A stretch of DNA of 63,844 bases, the filler included, from Craspedostauros australis (lineage: Eukaryota), in assembly GCA_030167865.1 (NCBI GenBank). It is 4 parts of 4 records of this genome, joined end to end, with 100 filler letters (N's around TTAATTAATTAA, not from the genome) between each part and the next. Parts side by side here need not be neighbours in the genome. Positions count along the whole stretch, not along the records: positions 28,941 to 53,767 come from JALAGF010003282.1; positions 53,868 to 62,115 come from JALAGF010003288.1; 2 more parts are not named here. One strand, given 5' to 3'. Of this stretch, positions 47,471 through 59,510 are shown in pieces. Every line of letters starts with the position of its first letter. Within the stretch, counting starts at the first letter, position 1. Under the pieces are notes generated by a model. That model worked only from the letters and a program-made list of their open reading frames with translations, was not told the DNA's origin and did not search any database. A program made the position numbers and the translations under genes.

Positions 47471-49074
47471 TCACAGACCATTGCCATCGCTGTCAGAGAA
47501 GGACAGCGCCAACGTCTTTCGCAATGTGCGCAATTGTTGCACAGACCGCGCGACGTTGTACGATCCATCAAATGGATCTCTCAGATCGTAAATGACGATC
47601 GCCAGCGCAGTGAAGGCACCGACCAGAGCTGTGTGTGCAGGAAGAGAATGAAAAAAATGAAGAATCAATGCTGTGAGTGGACCTTCTACTCTCGGTGCAT
47701 GAATCACACTCTGCCATGTCAGTCAATTAGAAGACAACATGCTCTCCCTTCAGTTCTCCACAAAATCAACGTACCGGCCCACAACAATCGCAACTGCACC
47801 GAATTAAAGAACACCAGAAGTTCTTGATCTGTCTCGATGAGAAACGCCATCAGAATGCATCCTGCCAATGCGGACACGATGGTGTAATGCAGGATTGGAA
47901 AGGTGGACTGCATTGCGGTCATGCGTTTGGATCGTTCCTCCATCAATACCTGGATGGCGGTGTAGCTTTGACCCAGGATGGGATCGGATGGCGAGTGCTC
48001 AACTTGGTCATGGGTTTGGTAGCCCACATTGGCGGTGCCTGCAACCTGCTTTCGCACGCTGAGCTGATTGAGCTCGTGCAGGATGCCGGTCAGCTCGCTG
48101 TCCATGGAGTGTCGGCGCCAGGTCTCCTGCGCATGCTGACACTCGGAGAGAATCCGCGACGTGTACTGCACGAGGTACCGTCGGATCTTATCCTGGACAG
48201 GTCCGCTGGGAAAGGAGTCGAACATGGTTTGCAGCATGCGAATTTGGCTGGCTTCGAGGTTGAATGATGTGCGGATGCTGACCTGCCGCTCTCGCAACGT
48301 CGAGATGGTGACGGAAATGAGCGTCGCGAACAGGATGGAGACGGCCGGCAGGACGATGCCGTTGAGGGCGGGCGTGATGATCTGCGCGCGGAAGACTCCG
48401 CCGTCGACCTCCACCCAGTTGTGTCGTGACAGCGCATCCATCGTCGTGGTGAACAGTTTGGCGGTTGGTGTGTAGAACGAGTAGGCCAGACACGGGAAGA
48501 TGACGGGCGTCCACATCATGGCTATCTCCATCGCTTTCGCGAGCATCGTTGGCTCCAGGCGGCTCGATTCTGGGTTGAGCTCGCACACATCGAGATGGAA
48601 ATCATAGACTCCATCTTCATTGTCGAAATACATGCTTCTAGCATCGTCGAAATCGCCGTTGACGGTACTAACGATGCCATCAAAGATCTGTGACTGTCGT
48701 TGCAACGCCCTTGCTTCCACCGCGGCCATAGACGATGTTGTGTCGGAGGCCTCCATCCTTTCATTGCTTTTCGGAGTAGGAAAATGGAACATGTTGCTGC
48801 TCCTGTCACGCTGGCGTCGCAAGTTGATGTCATCATCCATGTTGCCTTCTCTGGGCGAAGAGTTCACGCCATGATGCAACGGAACTCGTGCATTGAATGG
48901 GCCATGGTATTGGTGCGACGATGACGATGACGATGGTGACGCCGGCGCATGTCTGCGAATTGCTCTTGTGAACTGTGGTGCGAATGCCGCTGTCGATGCT
49001 GTCGATGATGCTGCCACCAGAGCAATGAAGGAATAGACAACGATCTTTTTGGATCGGTCTTGCGTCCGTCTCAT
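47471..49074 (-). CDS. DUF4239 / bestrophin-like multi-pass protein, plastid-targeted (paralog A); exons 49074-47775, 47628-47471
   Basis: Signal peptide ending TAA-FAP; TMs around NGIVLPAVSILFATLIS; LRERQ...EASQ; R.TAMQSTFP..HY; C-terminal IYDLRDPFDGSYNV. Confidence 0.75.
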
Positions 49075-49890
49075 GATGCTTTGTCGGTGTGGACTCTCGA
49101 TGTTGATGCTGCTGCTGCTACTACTATTGTGCGAGAGTCAGACACGAGAGTGTGCAACGAAGACTCGCCCACAAACCAATTCTGATGACGACGTTGCTGT
49201 TTCTTGGCTTCAGTTGTTTGCGCCTCAGGAGAATGGCGATGATCTGGTTGCAGTGGCGTTTCTCTCCCTTGAAGGCGTGCCTTCTCTTGATGTGTTCTGC
49301 ATCTTTGGATGTGATCCGTCAACATCCGTGTCGCCATGTCGAAGAAGGATCCATGTTCGCGAGTAACAAACTGCAACCAACGACGCTGTGGTGATGTCTG
49401 CCAGCTGTTTGTTTGGACGTTGCGCAACGGTTTTGATTGGCGGGATGCAGAGGAACTGGTATCATGAATCTGGTTCTCGAAACAAGAGTACTGCTTAGAT
49501 AGTACTCGTAGTAAGTTGCTAAACCACGAGTTGTCGATCTTTCTCATTTTCTGTTTCTCGAGAGAGAAAGAGCAAGCTCCTTCACACAATCATAGCAGCA
49601 CTGGCATCTGATGCAGCAAACAGACCGATTGATTGGTGATGTGTCCGTCGGTCGTGGCTCGTCAACGTATTATATCTTGCACATCATCCCCCTCCTCTGC
49701 GTTTTTGCATTGGGCGACGACGCTGTCTTCCACCTCGAAGGAATCAATCTGCAAAACATCAAATACAGCATGCTTGGAGCAGCAAGTCCCTCTGCGACCT
49801 CAAGTCTGTTGCGCTACAACGTGATGATCGTCCTACTATAGCAACGGCATTGTATTACAATACTTTATTATTCTAATTGTTGGTGGGCAC

Positions 49891-51640
49891 CTATTTCACC
49901 CCTGTGCGTCGGTTGCGGACATCGTCCTCAATCTGCGCATCCAGAGTGAGACGCAGTGTGTAGAGCTGGTCGACGCATTGTGAAACTTGATACGATCCAC
50001 GGAATGGTTCGATGAGGTCGTAGGCGACGATGGCGAGTGCTGAAAACGTGCCAGCGAGCATGCTGTGATTGATACATGCGTTTGAACGAGTGTGGTTGTG
50101 TCCATGAGAAAAGGGTGAGAGACAGACAGGGAGTGAGGACGTATTGAAATGAATGGCGACTTTGGATTCGGCGTGCGAAAGGATTGCACCGGTTCCGTCA
50201 CATTGAGTTGTCATCTTGCATGAAGCAGAAGGAGGCCATTTTCAATCGCCCAACAACATGCAACCAACAACAACAACAACAACAAGCACACGTCGTATAT
50301 CCTCTGCCATCCCATTCAGCAAGAACTCACGTCCAAAGTATCCGCAGCTGGATGGCATTGAGAAAGACCAGGAGCTGCTGATCGGTCTCGAGCAAAAATG
50401 CCAAGCAGATGGACAAGGCCAGCCCAATGACGATGGCGTAATGCAACGGCGGGAATCCCGACCGCAACGCCGATATGCGTTTGGCGCGCTCCTCGAATAG
50501 CTTGGAACACACGGAGTAGCATTGGCCGATGATGGTGTCGGGGATGCGCTCGTTGAAGGCGAGCTGGTTGAGCTCCTTGAGCACGCCGTTGAGCTCGCTG
50601 TCGATGCTGCCTCTCAATTCGGGCACCACGACGGTTGGCTGGCTTTCGGCGATGAGCCGCGAGACGTACTGCATCATGTACCTGCGGCATTTGGTGGTGT
50701 CGCAGATGGGACGCGGGACGGAGTCCAGCAAGGATTGCAGCATGCGCAGCTGTCCGGCCTCCATGTTGAGCGAGTTGCTGATCTTTGCCTGTCGATCGCG
50801 CAAGGTGGATACGGTGGTGCCTGTGAGGGTGGCGAAGAGGATGGAAATCGACGGCACCACCACGCCGTTGATGGCGGGCGCGATAATCTTGGCCTGGTAG
50901 GCACCGCCATCCACGGCAACCCAATTCCGATTGGCGATGAGCTCGATGACGTGCGCAAATTCCTTGGCCAATGGATCGTACGTGAGGTAGGCCAACACAG
51001 GAATGAAGATGGGCACCATCTGCAGGAACGACTCGAGGCCATTGAAGAACTGCGCCTCCATTTCCGTCATTTGCATGGTGGCCGCATAGCGCATATCCGC
51101 TTCTTCCACGGCCTCATCGTCCTGCAGGTCAAGATCCACGAAGGCATCCACCTCCAGCAGGACAGGGTCCGCAAGCTGGCGTGGGTCTGAGATCGCCGCT
51201 AATGAACGTGCGCGTCTGCGCGAGTACAATTGGAGGCTCGTCCTGCCATCGCGATGGTGTCGATATTGCTGTGGCTGTTGGCTATGCCTTTGCAATTGGC
51301 CGTCATTCATGTCGCCATGGTTGATGCCATTGAAGTTGTTGATTTTGAATGTGGTGGTGGTGGAACTGGACGCACTCGAACTTGGACCCGTGGTGAAGCT
51401 TGGCTTGAAGCCACCCACTTGAACTTGGAATGCGCAGACCGAAGACGCCGAGCGTTTGCATGCGACGATGGTAAGGAGCAGCAACAACGCCGCTTGCGCC
51501 TTGGTGAGGATCGGAGAAACCGATTGCTTTCGTGTCCGCCTTCGTCGTTGTCGTTGTCGCTGCCTAGTTCTTTGCGATTTCGTTTGTAGCTGCAACCATG
51601 ACAGTTCTTGTCGGTGGTGTAAGTTGTCCATGCTGTCCAT
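49891..51640 (-). CDS. DUF4239 / bestrophin-like multi-pass protein, probably plastid-targeted (paralog B); exons 51640-50331, 50062-49891
   Basis: Clearly alignable with paralog A (NWVAVDGGAYQAKIIAPAINGVVVPSISILFATL; AFLLETDQQLLVFLNAIQLRILW; AYDLIEPFRGSYQV). Signal-like segment ending VCA-F. Start approximate. Confidence 0.75.
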
Positions 51641-52584
51641 GCTGTTTATGTCAAAGTCTGGTGTATTGCAACGAATGCGGTGTCCAGTGATGGTATGTGA
51701 TGTTATCTGACGGGAGAAAGTGAGGAACGCAACGTTCTCCAAGGTGTGGCATCAATGCACCAACTCCACCTCACCAACCCAATCACCGGCTTCAATGATG
51801 ACAATGACGACCTCTTGACAAGCGGGTGGGGTATTGCACAAGATCGAAGAGGGCTTGGCACCGAAAGTGATGTGTTGGTGGATGCAAATACACGGAATAG
51901 ATCGTGTACACTGCGAGACAAGTACGCGTTTCTGACAAGTTACGGAACTATGGTGTTTCTCCACGACAACAGCGCAACAAGGAACAACGATTCGACCACA
52001 ACGAAGAACTCCAAAAGAACGGAAGAAATCGGAGTCGGAAATGTCATGGTTGCGTGGTGTGGTTTTGCATCACGTGGCATCATCGGAATCCATTGGATTG
52101 GATTTCGGATGTGACAGCTCAGACACAAAGGCGCTGTCGCAGTTCGTGTGCGTCGGATGAATGTTGATTTGACCGTTCGCGTCACGCTGACAGCGAAACA
52201 GAATTCGTCATCAATTCGGCTTTTTTGTTCTCATCGACAGAACATTACTGATAATCGTGTGGGTCGATTTGACCACATCGAACGCAATGGTATCTTGGGT
52301 TCTGATTGCCTCCAGATCTTTTTCGCGAAGATCAAGCGGAAGCCAACAATGAGAAACGCTTGATGACACACATTTTGCTGCACCCACAGTATCTACAACA
52401 GCAGAGACATCATGGTTGCACCACAAGAGTCCAACCCCTCTCCAGACTCTCTCAGAAGTCCGCCTCCAAACATACCACAGCAGGAGCGAAGGCACAAACG
52501 CAGGCATCAGAGATCTCAAGCAGAGAAAGCAAACAAAGGCAACGGCAATCAATCGACTTCTGTTCGGAGTCACTAACATTCACA

Positions 52585-53767
52585 ATGGCAAGCCTCACCT
52601 GGTGTCCAATAACATCACGGATGCTTTGCCTCTCCATCCTGGAAATCAAGAAGACACCAGGTCGGTTCAACGGAGAATGGCCGCTCGTCATTGAGGAATT
52701 CAACAGGCGGATCAACGAATACAACGAAAGAATGGCCCGAGAAGAGACGAGCGGAGGCAGCACCAACACCAGCGATGCTGAAGCAGCGGCTGGTCGAAGA
52801 CTGCCCCGCTCAACACAAGACAGTGTCAGGGGCTTCTTCTCCATCGTAAGGCGCAGCATTGTCGAACTCCGCAAGTGCCGTCCATCCACCCCTCACCTTT
52901 CTAAAGATGCCGAACTCCAATGGATTGCAGATTGTAGGAAATCATCTCGTGGCGCACTCAAAAACCGTTTCGTAAGTATTGAGACCCTCGTCGAGTGCTG
53001 GGACATCCTCAAAGATGCTCCGCAGATTGCTGAAATCTCCCCGCCTGCATCTGTCCAAGCCAGGTCCAGTTCACAACCACCGCCCCACCGTCTACACACC
53101 GTGTCATCCAATCAGGCGCAGATATCTACAGTTGCTCGCAGCCAATGCAACGATCAATCTTTATCCCAAGATGATCAGGATAGCAACGACGATGATAGTG
53201 ATGACAGCGATTATTGGGATGAAAGCGAATCAGAAGATGTCAGCATTCACGCCGTCACTCCACCACGTACCGGCGGTGAGTCAGTGTCCGCAAGTATTGG
53301 CAGCATCAGGACCGACGATACCAACGACACCATCGATCGCCATAGCAGAGATAATCAACCAAATCGAAACCGAAAGCATCCAAGGTGCGGACGCACAATT
53401 GTCCGCATCCGACGAAAGAAACGCAGACATTGCGATCAGCCTGCCATCGCTGAAACTCACCCTATCTGCAATACAAGTGACAGTTCCAGCCAAATCGATG
53501 GTGTTGATGGAAACAACGGAGGCGCATTGTCCAACGATGTGGAGACTGCTGGGACTGGCCGCGTCCCTTCTTGTCACCATTCACGTCGCGGTTCTCGGAG
53601 CAACAACCCCAGAAGCACTCGCAAGACTCCTCATCTTCGCAGCCCGCCCCCTCTAGTGAGCGAGGGTACCAAGACCATGAAGCTGCTTCAGCGCAAGATC
53701 CAGGTGGCTGAGCTCGAACACGCCTACAGCAAAATGCAACTCAAGAAGCTGAAGCTCGAGCTCGAGA
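52585..53767 (+). CDS. Myb/SANT-like (NAM-associated type) DNA-binding protein resembling PIF/Harbinger ORF1; 3' end truncated by gap
   Basis: W.....RMLCLSILE...EW..V.EEFN...RSTQDSVRGFFSIVRRSI...RF...ECWDILKDAP pattern, then a disordered acidic/basic region and a C-terminal coiled coil running into the N gap. Confidence 0.6.
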
Positions 53768-53867
53768 NNNNNNNNNNNNNNNNNNNNNNNNNNNNNNNNN
53801 NNNNNNNNNNNTTAATTAATTAANNNNNNNNNNNNNNNNNNNNNNNNNNNNNNNNNNNNNNNNNNNN
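53768..53867. other. Assembly gap spacer (44 N + TTAATTAATTAA + 44 N)
   Basis: Same 100-nt linker as at 28841 and 62116. Confidence 0.97.
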
Positions 53868-54128
53868 AAGATACATTCGGAGAAACGCGCACATCCACAG
53901 GAGATGTTTTGGCTTCACATGGTCGGGCAAGAGGTTCGCCCCAAGCAAGTCATCCCACAGGAGGTGCAAGATGGAGGGATCTGTGCCAAATACGGACCGA
54001 TAGTCTCTCGTGAGCAAGTTTGTCACGTGCTCGGCCCCAGCCAAATCCAGATTCGTGCCAATTAAGGCGAATCCTTCAACAGCAAAAGTTCCATCAGCAA
54101 CCGTGTGAGGGTCTGTTGGCACGTCCAT
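53868..54128 (-). mobile_element. N-terminal fragment of a PIF/Harbinger-ISL2EU-like (DDE_Tnp_4-type) transposase, truncated by gap
   Basis: RDYRSVFGTDPSILHLLWDDL...KPKHLLWMCAFLRMY resembles the HTH region (R.FRS.FG..P.....LW..L....PKHLLW.L.FLK.Y) that precedes the DDE domain in these transposases. The catalytic domain is not visible. Confidence 0.65.
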
Positions 54129-54262
54129 GGTTGGTTCGTGAATGCGTGCTGTGGGCTGGCGTGTGGTGCTCACTTTGTGTGCGCAACGGTACCGTGTGCC
54201 ATGTAGCAGCTTGCTCTGCAAAAAACAATCGATACCCAATCCACACAGAGTGGAGTAGCACT

Positions 54263-54294
54263 AGAGCAGAGCAGAGCAGAGCAGAGCAGAGCAG
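54263..54294 (+). repeat. (AGAGC)n pentanucleotide microsatellite
   Basis: About six perfect units, agagcagagcagagc... Confidence 0.9.
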
Positions 54295-55802
54295 AAGAGG
54301 ACAGTGATGCAGCACAGAATTGGGAAGAGTACAGCATCAACTTGCCTGCCATTTTGTTGCTATTCTGCTGCATCGTATTTCTGTTGGTGTTTTTGGCGCT
54401 CGTGAACAGAAACTGCAACAAGTGTGCATCTCCTGTTGATGAACGCAGGCCACAACGGAGGTGGATTTAGTCGCACGATGGGAGAAGCGTCGTACAGTCG
54501 TCTGTAGAGGAGTCTAATTTTTCGCGAGAAGCCTACGACTAAAAAGCACGACTGTTCCGCGATTCGACGCGGTCGACTAAAAAATTTGAAACGAGTCTTG
54601 GATTAGTCTTCTAGATGAACCGAAGTACCGCTACAATTCGTGGGACACAGTTAGGCGACACCTCGCCCCACCCGTTGGACAAGAATGCAACGGGAACAAC
54701 CGCGAGCGTGCTCGTCACTAGGCGAGCGTATTGATGACATGTGCCACACCGTGCATGGGCACCGCTACCAACTTCGCTACCAACTCTGCAACAATGTCAC
54801 CTGTGTTGTGCCTGCCAGAGACAAAAGCATCGCAAGAACTATCGCTGAGAAACAGGAGGTGCCGATTTGTACGGTACAGTACTCCAGTACTCCTTTCGTA
54901 GAATACTACTCAACGGTAGCACCCAACGACAGTTACGAAATGCAACTTGTCGTTGGTAGGAACGAACCCGAGGAGGCTTGGAGGGAAACGCGAATAGGAG
55001 AAGCGATTGGGGGAGCGTTGAAGCCGGGAATGGAAAGAGAGAAGAGGAATTGGGAAGAGAAACCACATCCAATTCCACGAAGGAAATCCTGAGCGTTCCG
55101 TCTAGTTTACTCCTTTTGTTCGTGACAATGTAGCGATGAAGTGAAATACAGCACTGGAGATAAGGCAATAATCCCGTCTCCATTTCCCATGGGGGAAATG
55201 GAGAGCGATTCATCGATGATTCCTGTGGATTACCGTTGGATCGCCACGACGATTGCGTGGAAATCTATTCGTCTCGGTAATCCTCCCTCCCCATCGCCAT
55301 CACCCCAACCTGATGGATCGCCATGGCAAGCGGATCGGATTAGGCGGGAATCCGTCCATCTGAACAGTCTGTTGCAGTTTTTCCTCACCAACATTGTCCT
55401 CCAATCAAGCGTTCGTGTAGACTAACGGAAATGCTAGTTTGTCATGGGACTAAATCAAGCATTCAACCAATGAAACATCTACTTCCACATGGCCACACTG
55501 ATCCAGTATGCCATATGAAGGGGAAAGGAGCTTGAAAATTTGACAAGTTCAGTGTCTGTTGCAATCAAGACACCCTCTGCCAATTTTGTGTTCCCGATTT
55601 GTCTAGACTCAATTGAAATTTCTGTTTCTCACAGTATCATCTATGCTGAATGCAACTAATGCAATTGTGGCTTGTTGGTAATCATCCAAATCATCATGCC
55701 AAGCAACATACATAGCTTTTACTACAACATGTTGCTTCACAGGAGTTTGCAAAACCCTGCATTTACATCTCATGAATCAAAGCCAACACTGAGGTGCACA
55801 CA

Positions 55803-57892
55803 ATGCCACGACGCTGGACACAGACCTGCCACCAAGTCCAACTCCTAAAACAGAAGATCAGGAGTGGTGAAATCCCCCCTGAGCAATCCTGGCGACAGGT
55901 TTGGAACAACAATGAAGAAGCAAGGTGCTTCATCGAACCAGAATTCAAACATACCCTTCGTCGACTCCGCCAGAAGGTTCTCGAAGAAAAACGTAAGTTC
56001 CTTGTTGACCTGAACAGCTGCTTCCTGCTGATGTCATGACATTCCTTTCCTGCATTGGCACTCACACTTTCTCAGGTTGCAGAGGCGCAATAGCGTCTCC
56101 CACCGTGACAGAGCTCGCAGAGACGCAATAGCGTCCCCCACCGTGACAGAGCTCGCAGAGAACGCTCGAGACATCCGCGACGCTGCTCGCATGGTTCGGA
56201 TCGAAATTCCCCCTCCCCTTCCAGACCCACACTCGGACCACGCACCAACATCAACCACGACTACAACACTCGCGCCTTCCACAGCACCAACTGCTCCCAC
56301 ACCATTCGCCCAAACACAAACAACTACCACAGACACATCAACACCAACCATGTTCACCCACCAACCACATCAACCAACCAACCAAAACAACAACAACATG
56401 GACATGAGCGAATGGCTAAAGGAGAATGGTAACTTGAACCTGCCTGTCTTGCGCACTTGCTACCTGAGTGACAATGGTGCTCGCATCCTTGACCTCATGT
56501 TTCAAGTGCCAGGGGGCAGTTGTCTCGAGGATTTCACAGTGTCAGTGGTACCGGGGCATGTCTGTGCGCGTGGAGATGGAGCAGATGGCCGCGCTTGCTG
56601 ACGTGGAGGCCGTCCACACTGTTCTTCGTGCCGCTGGCATGGCTGAAGGCAATTCTGTTGTGCCTTTCGCTGACGAGCAAGCCCGCCGCGACGCTTATGG
56701 CTCCTCGATCGCCAGCCTCAAGCGTTCGCCCAATGGCAGGCCCGTCCGTTGCCAGACCGTTAACCTACCGTTTGCGGTTAACTGGAGATTTGAAGAAAAG
56801 CAGCGATGGTGTGCTGCCTGGTGTGACATTAGTGGAAATCGAAATTCCTGACCCAGCCAATAATGGCTTTTCTAACGCCGGAGTTCTCCTTGTTCGCATG
56901 GTGGAGTTGCATCCGGCCCAACCGCTTTTCTCGCGCGCGACACATGCCAAAAAGCCGCCTTCTACATACCCGATCGCGAACATGAACGCCGTTGCAGGCA
57001 TTCCAACATTTAACCGCGCGCCTTCCCACCACTCGATTGCGCGCGACGACAACACCTACACATCAAGCATTGCCACCTCGACGAATGTGTCAACACAACG
57101 CCTTCAAATCGGCGTTAAATCAAATGTGAGTACAGTGAAGCGCGCTACTTATGGTTTTATTGTCGTTGCCTTCTTTCCAAGACTAACACACTGCATTCAT
57201 TCACTTTCTTTGTTGTTCTTTGTCATGTGACATGACAGAGTGCAATTCGCTTTTCTGAACGTGGAAACGCAGCGTCTGTCCGTAGCTCGTCACGCACTGT
57301 TTCAACTCGTAGCAGCAGGGCTTCCAAGCGCAGCTCCACCAGCAGCAGGTACACCTCCTCACCTGTGCGCCATAAAACTGGTCGCTACAGCACTCGTCGT
57401 CGCCATGCGAAAAGAACACCACCACCACCACCAGCTTGGCGAAACAACATGGGCCGCGCCATGCGCCATGGCGCGGCCATGGCGACCTTTGGAGACAGAG
57501 AGATGATGCCACCGCCACCATCCCTCCCACCAGGCCGTCTTCCAGTCATCACAATGGCGGAAGCAAGAGCTGTGGTGGCAGCTCGCCACCGGGAAGATGG
57601 CTTCTTGGCATGTGGACCTCGGGCAGCACAAGGCAAGGCAGCAGAGGCACAAGACAAGGCAGAGGCAGAGGCACAAGACAAGGCAGAGGCAGAGGCACAA
57701 GCAGATGCAGTGGTGGCAGCACAAGCAGAGGCACAAGCAGAGGCAGAAGCAGAGGTGGCAGCACAAGCAGAGGCAGCAGAGGCAGAAGCAGAAGAGCATG
57801 GGCAGCTCTCCCTGAGCCACTTCCTCCACCAATTCCCAGGCCACACTGGGATTGGTGGTGAGGAGGATCATTCTCATTCAACAGCCAATTGA
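55803..57892 (+). pseudogene. Three-exon, frameshifted, probably transposon-associated gene; exons 55803-55992, 56076-57125, 57239-57892
   Basis: Exon 1 encodes MPRRW...LLKQKIRSGEIPP...VW...EFKHTLRRLR. Two GT-AG introns have matching phases. The frame is broken by a 38-nt tandem duplication (56086-56161) and +1 shifts near 56555 and 56798. C-terminal AEAQ/AEAE repeats; locally CpG-depleted. Confidence 0.65.
57640..57795 (+). repeat. Low-complexity gcagaggca/caa repeats encoding AEAQ/AEAE helix
   Basis: Repeated units such as gcagaggcacaagacaag and gcagaggcagaa. Confidence 0.85.
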
Positions 57893-59510
57893 CAATGTGA
57901 CCAAGTGAATGTGAAATGAAAAAGTGAAGTACACAAAACCCTAAAAATTAGCAGTGATTCAGTACCCTCAACTCTCTCTCTCTCTGTAATGTAGCTACAG
58001 TTACATGTCATGAATGCATTGCATTGCTTTGTTGATGGCAAGGGGGGCAACTGGTGTGTGTGTGTGTGGAGGTTGCTTGGAAGTTGGAGCCAAACTGTTC
58101 CAGATTTCGCCCGTTGGGAGCCACGCGAATACTATATTAAACGCAGTAAATACAAATCGGATTCTTTCAATACCGGTGGATTACCGCACCTCCCTGGCAA
58201 ATTAGTCGTCCTCCATTTCTTCACATCGCAACATTGTCTTCGGATGGTGCGGGTGCGAAAGGTCGGCAAAGTGCACTCTTGTGGAACCACATCCAGGAGG
58301 CGAAGTGGTAGATGCGATGGGCATCATCGTCGGCTCGGAACGCGATGGATCAGAATGGATGGGCACCAATGGGAGGAATCCGAATGATCCTATGTATTGT
58401 GTTGAAGTCGACGCAAAACTCAACCAAACCAACCGTCGTCTTCCACCACGTGAGTGTCACAGGTAGTTAAAATCCTGGCACTTACTCACAGTTCATTGCT
58501 TACGGGGATAGCTGTGACTCGCCCTCGGGCAAATCCACCTACGGGTATGGCTATGAATGATGATCCCACTGCGAACAAGGCGTGTGTGATCTGGTGGACT
58601 GGTAGATTTCGCCCACGAAACAAAAGCAGACAAATTGGCTACGCAGTGGGCGAAGCGCTTGCGTCACCAGCGGAAGGAAAAGAACGTTCTAGGTTGCAGT
58701 GTTCCATCAGTATAATTGAAGTTGCCACAGGAGCAACTTGAACCGATCGAAAACGTAATCCCTGCTTAACACCGGTTAATCACAATTAATCGGTCACGGT
58801 ATTGGGCGTGAGGAAGCGATCAATTCTCCTGCACCCAAGTTCCAATACCATTTGTGTGCGCTGCAGTCTCTGTGAGTCGATTTCGGGGTTCGGTTCCATC
58901 TTCTTGTCGCAACCATCAGCTACTGGACATAAGTGCCGAAAAAGAAGAATGCTGCCGAATGCCACACGCGAGGGAACGAGAACAGCGAAACAACACGAAA
59001 CAATTACGCGAGGAGCAAATTGGTGACACAACAAACCACTCGCGACAACTCACGACGCCACAACAACGAAACACACACACGCCCAAAATCAACGACGACA
59101 ACGCGGTAAAAACACGGCAAAGGAAGGCAAAAACTCCCCACAACAACACGAAACAGTCACCTCCTGCTGGTCAAACGCAAAGTGATTCTCTCACAATTTA
59201 TTTCCGAACGAGAAGACCGCATCACATCACACAACACGACACCACATCACACCACACCAACAACCAGAGACGCCTACCGCTACACAAACTCGACAAGCAC
59301 ATTCCTTTCATCGCGATTCATAACTTCCAGAACACAACACGAACTCACGGACCCACAAACAGAACCGCAAAGTGAAGAACAAAGACGTTCACTGCTTTGT
59401 GTCATCGATCACCGCACCCGACTCCCCAAACGCTTCGACAGCATATCGGCTGTCTCCCACAAATCCAATCCGATCCAATCCAACCCAACTCGATCACCAA
59501 AGCAACAGTC

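Noticed and set aside
57985..58005. Near-palindrome tgtaatgtagctacagttaca after a (CT)n tract, a possible element end
   Set aside because: No matching partner or TSD visible; too short to support a call.
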